A DNA stretch of 64,000 bases from Octopus sinensis (lineage: Eukaryota): assembly GCF_006345805.1 (NCBI RefSeq), contig NC_042997.1, positions 180,420,001 to 180,484,000 on the forward strand, read 5' to 3'. Shown piece after piece: positions 38,630-50,289 of this stretch. The notes under the pieces are model-generated. The model did no database searches, was not told where the DNA came from, and worked only from the letters and a program-made list of their open reading frames with translations. Position 1 is the first letter of the stretch, and every line of letters begins with the position of its first letter. The translations under genes were made by a program, and so were the position numbers.

Positions 38630-39870
38630 ACTAAATAATACCCGTTTTATTTAACCCAAGGATAACAAACAGAAAGTAAGTACTTTAAACTTGTTACACA
38701 AAAAGCATTTAAACGTGCAAAACCATTTAACACCAGAAACGAAAATGATGTTAATAAAATCAAAAAAGCATAAATGGACACGTGAGGAATATATTTAAAT
38801 CTTACATGCTTATTTTCAGCAGTGCTCTACCCACAGAACGAAAACACAACATATGCATATAAAGTCTAGAAGAAAAATAAAATAGATAAAATTTGGATAC
38901 ATCAATGAACCCTAATAAAGTAGATAACATACGGAGGTATATTCTCAAAACAAAAAAAATATCAGAAATGGATATGGAACACTTAAAATGAAAAAGATAC
39001 AACAGGAAAACATAGATAGTAACCACAGAGCAATACCAAATAGTAGCATAAATACTGGAACTGTAAAATACAAAGAGAGACCTAACATGCCCAACAAAAA
39101 TGAAGTAAACAACAAATCCAGACCGTAGGAGTGTATAATTATGAGCAAAATGCACCAAACCAGAACACCACAGACAAAACTATGAACGGGAGGGAATAAC
39201 GAAACAAATCTAAACCTGGAAGAGGTGAAGGTGAAACTAATGATTATGATACTCAAAAAATGAGCATAATCACGGAATGTAAGCCACAGTATGGACTACC
39301 GATTGTACCTCTCAGAATTTAAAATTCTTAATAAAAATACACCAATAATAAATATCATGAACCTGGCCGTCACAGAACTAGTAGTCATAGAAACAAATGT
39401 CAATAAGACCAGGCTAATTGATACAATATATGCAGCAGCCTCTGTGGCCACAAAAGAAGCTGGATACCTCCTAAAACTCATCCAAACAGGAGTATCACCA
39501 CCCGAACAAACCCTGTGATAAATAATATCCCGAAAAAAAAAGAAAAGAAAAGAAATGATCTGTTAATTCTTAATGAAACTAGCAGAGAATCAACAATACT
39601 AAACAACAAGGAGAGAAGAAAAATACTACGTAAATACAAAATTACAGAACAAGTTATACTTGAGGTAAAAGAACAGCTAAAACAAGATATCTTCGCCAAA
39701 GCACAAAGGATCCTTCGGTGTGAGATACGCCAACGTTTCTTTGAACAAAACAAACAGTTCAACTCGTACCCCAAAAAATTCTACCAGGAACTTGATAAAA
39801 AAATAAAGATCAATGCTGCACTAACAACAGAAGTGGAAGAAATTTGAAAAAGAATATGGTCGGCGAAAGA
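38630..39870 (+). mobile_element. R4/Dong-clade LINE 5' portion, 3'-truncated
   Basis: KHKWTREEY.., NKVDNIRRYI.., EQLKQDIFAKAQRI..NKQF..PKKFYQEL; starts right after (AAT)n. Confidence 0.8.
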
Positions 39871-41163
39871 ACAACCTCAGAAATGCACATGCCTCCCCTT
39901 CCTCCTTTCCCCCAACAACCTCACCTATTTCTTTTTTTCTGTCCTCCACACGGCCAATTTCCATTTCGCCATGCGGTATTTTCCAACTAACTGTTAGCCA
40001 TATACCAAAATAAAACCACGACACTGTGTGCTCTTCCTCGACCAATCGCAGCACACCTTACTGAATAAACAATCACGTATGTCATTCAAATTTAAAATGG
40101 CTGACGACTAGAATCAGCCATGTGTGTGTGTACATACATAGATATGTGTGTGTGTTTATACGTATGTGTGTGTTATATATTCCAATACATTACTAATTCT
40201 TGTACAATATTATATTTCATTTGACCTGTAGTTGACCTCAAATGATCTGTAAACCTTTTATCTATACATAACTAATTATACCTCGAAGCATATACAACAC
40301 ATTTGCTAATGCAAATTCTATAAAAATCGTCATATTTCCTATTTACTTTTTAATAATTTCTCCTCATATTCCCAATCATATTCGTCGTACATTTTTTCAT
40401 ACCAGTATGGTGAATTTTCTATGAACGTTTACTATGCAGATAGCTGAGTATGCATTAAAATGCTTACAAATTGTCATAAATATAATTAATATTCTGAGAG
40501 TGGGCCTTTTTATATTAGCAAAAAGAATGTTATTTAACCACATGCGATACGAATTCTTCCCGACTAGCTAAGGTTGCTTTCAACGTGAATCCATTTCTTT
40601 GTTACTGTTTGATATTTAGATTACCATCATAAGCATATCCATTATGTTATTATTTAATTACCTTCTTATGATTTTAAATAGCGATATTTCGAACATCCAA
40701 CATGGAAGATGTTAATTTTTTTTCTATTTCACATTTTTCCTAACACAATGTTATTGCATCACTTAAGATGTGTGTGTGTATGCATGTAATTGTAATTGCA
40801 TGGATGTATGTATATAGATACATCCAACAATCCATTCATATACATACTAACACACACGCACACACACGGCTGAAACGAGTAGAATAATAAAAGAGATATA
40901 TCATAATTCGCTATAAATAGATTCTTGACAGTATATTATAAGTATGATGATATATGTATGTCGTAGATTTTGTCGAGTTGAAAAGAGAAAACTGAAGTAT
41001 CTTGTATTTAGAATTCAATAGCAATATAAATATCATTTAAAATGTAAAGCGCATAGCTCAGTAATTGGAAGACAAAATGGTACTACTTTCATTCATCCTT
41101 TTCAAAGTTATTAAGAATGAAAAGCAGGCGTGCATGAACTCAGCAGGAGTTTTGCAATGCTTT

Positions 41164-41223
<60 letters not shown>

Positions 41224-42699
41224 TATTCATATTCAATTTTCTCTATATTTGATTCTTCTTGAGGATTTACATAACATAAAAGCACAGTTATACAATAGCG
41301 AATAGATAAAGATATGTGGACATGCCAAGTTCAGAAGTTAATTTGGGGAAATATTACTGAATACATTCGAAGTGAAATGGATCTTCAGAAAATAGTTTTA
41401 AAGGTTTGCTGAATTGACAACCAGCTTGAAAACGCTGATTCTGTAATAACTTCGATCATGCGAACTTTTAAGCTAAGACTGTCTGAAATTACTTTTCTCT
41501 GTTGTAAGATTTCATTGTCACACAATAATCTTTTATGAAAATCGCAACTAGGAAATGTCTGGCATAATATCTCATCTTAAAATATGCAAACGAGCAATAA
41601 AAATGAAAAATCTAACTGAAAATGAAAGACAGAATTAAAATGTGTACCATTTTTAGCAATATTATCGCTTATATAGAGATTTAGAATACAAATTAAATGG
41701 TGAGCACATATAAATTTATTAACAAGTTCCATGAATTTCACGTATTAATGCTAGACACTAAACAGAAAGCTATTATTTCTCCAACATATACATTTTTACT
41801 ACTTCTGATCACAATCTCATTAAGTTTCTCTCTTCCTTAGTAAAATAATGTTATTACAGATAAGAGGTGTCACAATTCGTCCATACATGTGTGCCAGCAC
41901 ATTTAAATAGCATTGTAAGTTATTCTAGAATATCTGATAATCTTAAAATTATTTAAAATGATTTTTAAAAAACGTTTAATTTTTTTATCTCTGCTGTGTA
42001 GAATGGCATGTATCGAATGTTAATTCAGTGGAAATTCGAAGATATTAATCGAAAGAAATGTTATCAAAGTATCCGAAAAATCTTGGCGTACGATTAATAT
42101 GATTGGCTAGTGAAGATAAGATATGTATACATCTTCATTAATTAATTCACTGAAAACTACAGGAAAGCTTATAGACATTGCATCAAACCAGAAACAGTGT
42201 GATATTGTGTTATTATCGGCACGAAGAATACAATATTGAAGACATCCTAATTCAATTTAGATTGGCATGAAACAATGTACAAAGCGAAATGATTTATAAA
42301 TAACATTAATAAACTTCATATAACCTATTTGCAAACATGCAGCAGGTAAAACCCAATACATTTGTAAATTATGAAACGTAATAAATGGAATTCTTTTTAA
42401 TTATATACGGTACAGCATACAATCATTTTATCACTTTCAAAAATATTGCTGGAAATTACGTCAATTATCTAATGTGTTTGCAGCAAAAACCAATTATTCT
42501 GCTATGATTTTCGGTTGGAAGACTACTATCGCTGTAACATCAGCGAGGAGAAAAAAAACGTAAAACAGCTGAGCTCTTTGTGTATAGTGATTTTTGCTAT
42601 GTATTTTCTATATGGGGTTGCAGACAGTGACTCGTATCTCTGGTCATCAGAAGTGCAGTGAAGTAATTAGTGGTTCGTTGGAAGCCAATAATTATGGTT

Positions 42700-43006
42700 T
42701 CTAATTTAGGAACTAGGCCAACAATTTGATAAGGGGTGTGGGTTCGGTAATTACATCAATCACTTAACTAGAATGGTATTCGACCCCACGTGTAGGTATG
42801 GAGTGCAAAGTTCGCCTCAGTGGAAGTTGAAATTACACTGTAAAGAGTTGAATGAAAATATGCTTTGGAAAGATGAGACGATTTTACCAGCTCGTTCCCT
42901 TAATAATAATGTTTTCAAATTGAAGCACAAGGCTACAAGACCCCGGCGGAATTCGTGCTCAGATGGTAAAGCCAGATGTGCTAACAGCTCTGGCAGCTCG
43001 CTGCCT
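42700..43006 (-). mobile_element. Two SINE family B fragments
   Basis: Reverse complement gives the GGCAGCGAGCTGCCAGAG head and CTTGTGC..TTTGAAA tail. Confidence 0.65.
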
Positions 43007-43029
43007 TTGATTTTACAGTCATAATAATG

Positions 43030-43092
<63 letters not shown>

Positions 43093-43095
<3 letters not shown>

Positions 43096-43648
43096 GCCCT
43101 GATGCAGTACCAGGCGGTGGCTCTCATGGCTTCTGATCTTAACTGATTGGAAGTGTTATCATGTACATTGTTTTGTCTTGGCATAAAAAATGGGCTACAG
43201 CAAATATTCTGCTCAATACCACAGATTTGCTTGTCAGTTGTTTGACCTTAACCAGTTGAGCATGTCCCTTAGTGGCTGACGATATGTGCATCTCTGATCA
43301 CGAGCAGAAGTAGCGGGGGAGCATCATAGTCATGTGTTGAGAGGGATTTTTGGGGTTTGAATAATTCACCTCTGGAAACATGGGTGGTTTTCTCAACATC
43401 CTTAAACAACCCTTATTCAGGGACCTTTTGAGCGGGATGGGCTACTCAACCTGAAGAAAATTCTAACTGGGCCCCACCTGCAAGGTCATGTGCTGTTTAT
43501 CTTGATATGAGATCACCATGTCGCGCACATATGGTTGTGATGCATATGCCTGGTGTACCCTTATCAGACGGGTAGTCATGATGGGTATATTGGGCTTCGT
43601 ATATTTTACCCCAGTGTCACTTTGATGGCATGAACTGCTCTCTCACTC
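43093..43648 (+). mobile_element. Longest copy of the AAT-tailed non-coding retroelement (~555 bp)
   Basis: Begins AATGCCCTGATGCAGTACCAGG, ends CTGCTCTCTCACTC; (AAT)n at 43020-43092 and 43649-43703; no ORF. Confidence 0.9.
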
Positions 43649-43707
<59 letters not shown>

Positions 43708-43719
43708 CAGTGATGAGGA

Positions 43720-44150
43720 TGATAATTCCTTGTAATCTTAGCACAAGATCTGCAATTTGAAGGAGAAGTGAAAGTTACTTGGATTGACCCACCAGGTACT
43801 ATGTGTTATCGACTCCAAACAGATAAAAGATAAACTAATCTCGGCGCAATTTAAACCCATAACGTCAAGAAGAGGAAGAAATGCCGCTAAACATTTTTCA
43901 AATGCGACAAAGATGCTGTTAGCTCAAGAAATTATGCGTATTAATAATTATTTCTATTATAGGTACAAAACCCGAAATTCTGAGGAAGGGGACAAGTCCA
44001 TTATATCGACCTTAGTGTTTGACTGGTACTTAATAGAAGAAATGATGAAAGGCAAAGTAGGACTCAGAATGTAATGACGGACGAAATGCCACTAATATAC
44101 TTTTCCCGGAACCCTAACGATTCTGCCAACTCTCCGCCTTCTTCGGCATG
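43720..44150 (-). mobile_element. Degenerate SINE family B fragments
   Basis: Reverse complement of GGCGGAGAGTTGGCAGAATCGTTAG and of the CTTTGCCTTTCATC body. Confidence 0.6.
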
Positions 44151-44169
44151 TTACTAATAATAACGTCTT

Positions 44170-44830
44170 CAAAAGCGTGGAAGACCACAAGGGTAAAGAC
44201 TTTGATGTCCATGAGTAAAGAACTGATCATATAATATCAAGATGCCAAATCCTAGCTCCAGCCTAATGTAAGCTAAATCGTATAGATCTCAACTTTAAAC
44301 ATGCAAACATTTGGTATGAACACCAGCCTAAATCAGTTGTTGAAAGTAGTGCCATTATCATCTATTAGGAGATCACCGTTTCAGAGTATTAATGAAACTC
44401 GCCCAGATATAATAATAATTATTAAATATGCCAAAAATTAAACCTGCCTATTAATAGTTATATCAATGTCATCTTACAAATATGCACCTTTCCAAGAATA
44501 AGATAAGTTTACCAAATATAAAGAACTTGAAATTGAAATAAGCAGGATGTGGATCCTGGAGACCTAAAAATACTAGTTATGATTGGTGCACCAGGGATCA
44601 TGAAAAAAACTGTCATTTGACTCCTTAAAAATGTACTGGGTACACCTAAAACTAGAACTAATGCATACGGTTCACACTTAAGGAAGTTGATTTTCATGTA
44701 ATCATTATTATCACAACCTTTTTCACTATTTTTAAGCCAACAGAGCCACAAGCTGTGTTCAACAAAAATATTACTCTACAATGCCTGCCTGAGGTGAATG
44801 ATCGCTGCTCAGCAGATATTTATTATCTAG
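44170..44830 (+). mobile_element. R4/Dong-clade LINE 3' fragment (RLE domain)
   Basis: DHIISRC, WYEHQPKSV, RPDIII, DKFTKYKELEIEISRMW, VMIGAPG motifs in a broken frame. Confidence 0.75.
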
Positions 44831-45437
44831 CCAAATATCAAAGAAAATGAAATTAATGGCTTCAATTACTGATTTCGAGATGCCAAACTTTAAATCAGTA
44901 ATTAACGAAGCTGTTCTTCACCAATTACAACATTAAATACACATGCATTAAAGGTGTATTAGTTATATTAACAGTCTTCTTAACATTACATTATTGATAA
45001 TAGGTACCCTATGCTACAAGCATTACAAAATTTCTTAAATGATATGTCTACGTGGAACAGTTTGCCTATAGGTGAAGCGATTTGATTAATTCTGATTATC
45101 AATCATAGATATTTTGTTAACCCAAGGCGTGAAAAAGAACCGCAAAAATGAACAACTTCTTATACACAACTTTTATGATTTAAAAGTATTGTTCAGCATA
45201 AAATAGTATGTCTTTGCATGTTTAGCGTTTGGCTCCCTAACAAGACACTTCAAATACATCAAATAACATTTTGAGACACTATCGAGATAGTACCGAACTT
45301 ATCATTTTTATCCCTGTAGCTAGGTGAAGAAAGCGAAAGGCCTGCCGAAAAGGTTAGTCTCTTTGATACGCATTTACTAACTTGTCTAGATTTACTCATA
45401 CCTAAACACTGCTTTGTGCCTATGTTCAATTTATATT

Positions 45438-45439
<2 letters not shown>

Positions 45440-45476
<37 letters not shown>

Positions 45477-45629
45477 GGAGAGAGAGAATGAGAGAGAAAT
45501 ACAGACAGATGGACAGACAGACAGATAGACAGGCAGACAAACAGACAGAGTTGCGGAAAGACAGATGTAGAGGGTGAAGGAGAAGGACATACATGTATGA
45601 TGTTTGTATGCATACTTGATTGAACGCAA

Positions 45630-45722
<93 letters not shown>
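45440..45722. repeat. Compound (TA)n/(GA)n/(GACA)n microsatellites
   Basis: Direct reading. Confidence 0.95.
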
Positions 45723-45724
<2 letters not shown>

Positions 45725-45744
45725 ATACTTAAATTCTTAAAAAA

Positions 45745-46188
45745 TGTTTCAGCCCGAAAGCTGCGGCCATGCTGGGGCCCCACCGTTGAAAGAGCTGTGT
45801 ACACCTCTCATACGTGGCACTTGATCAACAAGGGAGTTCGACGCCGCTATCCGCATTTGTGTTTCCTACCAAGAGGTAGGTTCACCTGGAACTCCTGACA
45901 AGGAGAGATACAGTTTAGTTGGAGAGATACAGTTTAGTCTTAAAGAAAACCACATCCACACCATGCCGGTCTCTCAGGCATTTAGGAAGGATATTGAAAA
46001 GCTGTGGTCCCCTGAAACCCAAGTTGTTGCAGTATCTGGTCCTGTATTTTGATGGTGATGCTGGGATCTTTGGCACCATGCAGTGGAGGCCCCGTTCTGC
46101 TGTTGGGTTAACTTTGAATGCCAAAATTCGGGACAAGACGTTCCAGGATTTTCCAGATGTGTAACACTACATATCTCTCCTGCCTTCG
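45745..46188 (-). mobile_element. 5'-truncated CR1-group LINE 3' end
   Basis: Minus strand: ERY..HIWKILERLVPNF..VPKIP..KYRTRYCNNLGFRGPQLFNILP..FK.KL..GVPGEP..AASNSL; tail GGGCCCCAGCATGGCCGCAGC..GCTGAAAC. Confidence 0.85.
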
Positions 46189-46223
46189 TATGTGAATATA
46201 ATATTTTCTTATGTGTATTTCAG

Positions 46224-46345
46224 AATGTGTCACATGCGTTTGTGCATGAATTGTTGACTGTATAAGAATGGCTGATACATGACCTCTAAATAGATAAACG
46301 CTAAGAAACCAAATGTCCAGACAACATATATCAAACCTTTCAACG
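46224..46345 (+). other. Candidate exon with strong splice sites, non-coding or containing a start (MSRQHISNLST)
   Basis: Acceptor TTTTCTTATGTGTATTTCAG, donor ACG|GTAAGT; all three frames closed in the 5' half. Confidence 0.25.
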
Positions 46346-47318
46346 GTAAGTCACTTAAACCGTCATAAAACATTAACATATATTTAATGATACAAGCGAC
46401 TATAAAATCTTGCTAACGACATCAGAACGGACAACCATCCGATAGTAGAGTTTCAGGCCTAAACACAAAAAAGACTCTTGACCATTTATATTCTCGCCAC
46501 TGGTTTGTTTATTTTGTGTAAATTTGATCATGCGAACACGACCTGTTTTAATGTGTATATATTTAGTGTCCTTTAAATGAGTTTCAATATATTATTTTAT
46601 AAAGAATCAATACTTGCATGTAATGTTGCAAGATTGAGCTTTCTCTTTAATAAGATGAAACTTTTGTAAATTGTTCATATTTCTCTCTCTGTCTCTCTGT
46701 CTCTCTTTACCTCTCTCTCATTCTGTCATTGTCTCTATCTCTCTCTCTCTTTCTCTCTGTATATATATATACATATTATATATAAAATCCGTTCTATCTG
46801 CCTGTGTATGTGTTGTGTCTTCTAGGATCTCGAGCATCCTCCATCTGATTGAGCTCAAATTTGATATGTAGATACCGACGGTATCAACACGTGTATAAGT
46901 CTTGAAAAAATTTCAAAACTTCGATTCCAGGTGAGAATGTGATCGATAAAGCCGTTTTGTCCTACTTTTCTTCCGTCAACCTGCACATAACTGCACCTTC
47001 CAATTTTTGTTGTTTTTGTACTACTTAAAGGCGCGTTTCTTTCCTGCCAAGCTTGTTTGTGTTCTCCCAGTAAACAGACTTATCATTACTGGTGCTTTAG
47101 ACTGTTCGGTTGCATGTTTGTGTGAATGAAATCGTTTTTCTTTGGAATAGAAAAAAAGTCTATATTTATTTCTTCTCATGCTGGTGTCTCAAATTTAGGT
47201 TAAATCAGTGTTTCTTAAAGGGGAGACATATGGGACGGTTGGACAGTTGTTTTGAGAAAATTCGGTTTAAATGTTTGACAACTCAGCACCGTTCATTGGA
47301 CGGGGAGCGTTTTGCTCG

Positions 47319-47365
<47 letters not shown>

Positions 47366-47376
47366 TATATATATAT

Positions 47377-47408
<32 letters not shown>

Positions 47409-47637
47409 ATAGAGAGAGAGAGATAGAGAGAGAGAAAGAGAGTGAGAGAGAGAGGTTATGAGAGGTAAAGGTGTCACTGAGATCCAAAGGTGTCAGGTAA
47501 TGCTGAATAAATGCTATAGATAGACCATAGTTAAGTTCCAGGTTCGGTGATTATGTAAATAAAAGGTTCAACATTGGTCATATTTCTACACACTCTTGGA
47601 TTTTTATCGCATTATGAAAAAAAATATATATATATAT

Positions 47638-47798
47638 AGACGCAGGAGTGGCTGTGTGGTAAGTAGCTTGCTTACTAACAACATGGTTCTGGGTTCAGTC
47701 CCACTGCGTGGCACCGGAGCAAGTGTCTTCTGCTATAGCCTCGGGCCGACCAAAGACTTTTGAGTGGATTTGGTAAACGGAAACTGAAAGAAGCCTGT

Positions 47799-47841
<43 letters not shown>

Positions 47842-48046
47842 GTATTTGTTTGTGCGTCTGAGTTTGTCTCCCCAGCATCGCTTGACAACCGATACTGGTG
47901 TGTTTACGTCCCCGTAACTTAGCGGTTCGGCAAGAGAGACCGATACAATAAGTACTAGGCTTAGAAAGAATAAGTCCTGGGGTCGATTTGCTCGACTAAA
48001 GGTGGTGCTCCAGCATGGCCGCAGTCAAATAACTGAAACAAATAAA
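47638..48046 (+). mobile_element. tRNA-derived SINE, family A, full length
   Basis: CGCAGGAGTGGCTGTGTGGTAAG head, GGGTTCAGTCC B-box, internal (TA)n, CR1-type tail. Confidence 0.9.
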
Positions 48047-48493
48047 CGTTGCTTTTTCAGGAAAAATTGTCTCACCATTCCATAGCAAAACCATTGTACT
48101 ACACCTGGACGCTTTTTGATATCTTGGCATCTGAAGCAACTAGAGACAGCTTAGTTTGACCGAAAGAACCGACTACTGCAAGCAGAAGTAAATAATGAAA
48201 ACAATGCGTTTAGCCAAATTTGGACATGCTATAGTTTATCATAATAGCAACGATTTTATTTTCTATTCATATAGACGAAGAAAAAATAAAATCGAGATTG
48301 GGAAGTTAATAATTGTTTATTAATTAAGTTTTAGGTTTATACGAGTTGCACATAACATTTTCAGAGGGAACAAAATATACCCTCGGATGCTTTATATGCC
48401 TATATGGAATAACAGATGTAAGGGTTGATGATTAATTTGCTGTTAATAGTAAACAATTATTAACTTCCCATCTCCATTCTTCTTCTTGCATGC

Positions 48494-48544
<51 letters not shown>

Positions 48545-48552
<8 letters not shown>

Positions 48553-48710
48553 ATAGAGGGCATTATTACACATAAATGCCTCACACTAAGAGGGACAAAG
48601 TCATTACTACCAAAATTATACTATAATATAATAGTATAATTTTGGTAGTAATGACTTTGTCCCTCTTAGTGTGAGGCATTTATGTGTAATAATGCCCTCT
48701 ATACAATATA
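48545..48710. repeat. Perfect palindrome: 80-bp arms with a 6-nt spacer
   Basis: Checked base by base: 48545-48624 is the exact reverse complement of 48631-48710. Confidence 0.97.
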
Positions 48711-48855
48711 GATATAATTAATTTGTTCAAAAGAAAAAAATTATTTTCGAATTCTTTTCTTTTATGAGGTTTTCACGTTAGCTGCCCGATAATTTCTTGT
48801 TAAGATCCTTATTAAGAGATTATCCTTAATTGTTAAACTTATATATATATATAGA

Positions 48856-49055
48856 GGCGCAATGGCCTAGTGGTTAGGGCAGCGGACTCGCGGTCGCAGG
48901 ATCGCGGTTTCGATTCTCAGACTGGGCGTTGTGTGTGTTTATTGAGCGAAAACACCTAAAAGCTCTACGAGGCTCCGGCAGGGGGTGGTGATCCCTGCTG
49001 TACTCTTTCACCACAATGGCGGTGCCCCAGCATGGCCACAGCTCAAGAGCTGAAA
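48856..49055 (+). mobile_element. tRNA(Arg)-like SINE, family C, with CR1-type tail
   Basis: GGCGCAATGGCCTAGTGG A-box, GGTTTCGATTC B-box, body, then GGCGGTGCCCCAGCATGGCC..GCTGAAAC. Confidence 0.85.
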
Positions 49056-49189
49056 CTGGAAAAAACAAACAAAAACAAAAAAAATATATATATATATATA
49101 TTATATATATAACGGGAAGCTTTATGAAAATAAACAAAAGACGAAGGCAGGTGGAATGCAAACAAACAATTGTATTAGTATGGCGCTCA

Positions 49190-49660
49190 GGAATATAAAT
49201 AAAACAAGTCTTTTACGTTTCGAGCCTACGCTCTTCAACAGAAAGATACACAGAAAAGAAACACGGAAAGAAACAAGGAGAGAAAAAAAATGCGAGCAGA
49301 AGCTAGCGAATCAACATATATATATATATATATAACAGAAGAAATACGGTTGAGCGTTCTGTATCTACTTCTGGAAATTGTGTTTTGTAAGCGACAAACT
49401 ACGGTGATGGTCTTGCAGATGTCTGCGTGTATATATACGTAGATATTAACAAGAGAAACCATGGTACGTAGGTAATCTATTTTATTTCGTATATTTTCAA
49501 CTGTCTAGCTCATTTTTACATTTTGGAGATTTTCTCCTCCTTCTTCCTTTTCTTTTAAATTTCCTATGTCTCTTGTTTCCGATAAGAGGTTTGCTCGAAA
49601 CGTATCAGAACCACTCTTTCTATCTTTCTCTGAGCGTCTTATTAATACTCTGCATGTATC
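49190..49660. mobile_element. Penelope-like pseudo-LTR remnant with two oppositely oriented hammerhead-like motifs
   Basis: GCTCGAAACGTA core at 49214-49225 (minus) and 49593-49604 (plus). Confidence 0.6.
49209..49246 (-). ncRNA. Minimal type I hammerhead ribozyme-like motif with a variant core
   Basis: UCUUU-CUGUUGA-A-GAGC-GUAG-GCUC-GAAAC-GUA-AAAGA: 5-bp stem I, 4-bp stem II, loopless stem III, A6U change. Confidence 0.6.
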
Positions 49661-49760
49661 ACATCCTCTCGTTGATTTTTTCGTTGTCTTTTTTCTCCGT
49701 TCTTTTGATTAACTATATGTTTATATATATGTATATATATATGTGTGTGCGTGTGTGTAA

Positions 49761-49809
<49 letters not shown>

Positions 49810-50289
49810 TACATACACGCACATGCTAACATACATACACACATATACTAACACACAGATGCACATATACCCACGCATGTATAAAAATAAATAATCCTTG
49901 AAAATCATATAAATTTCAATTATCACATACTAGCAGCCATTTACAGTTATTTTTAATCTCTATGGTTACCTGGGAAATGGTAATATATCATAAAAAATAA
50001 CTAAATTTAATTTCTATGAAGAGCCATAATAATGTACGAAATTTTTCTCTGAGTTCACAGAAACAATAATAAATTTGTTATTATGTAAATTCAATATTTG
50101 GGTAAACTGTACTTTAAACAAGTTAAAATTATTCATATTGAACGGCAAAATATGCCTTATTATGTGTCTGTCCATATGTATGCACGTATAGAATTAATTA
50201 CGCAAAACGTTTCAACAGTATTAGCGTATTTAACATTCCTATCACCACGACGAGCGATGGTTAGAAGAATATTGAGTTTTGTTTTAATA

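Noticed and set aside
42484-42661. 59-codon open stretch after a TGCAG acceptor (KNQLFCYDFRLEDYY..)
   Set aside because: No recognisable homology and no linked exon; compatible with chance.
48856-48928. tRNA gene
   Set aside because: The acceptor stem does not pair and the sequence continues into a SINE body also present at 58993-59246; it is a SINE head.
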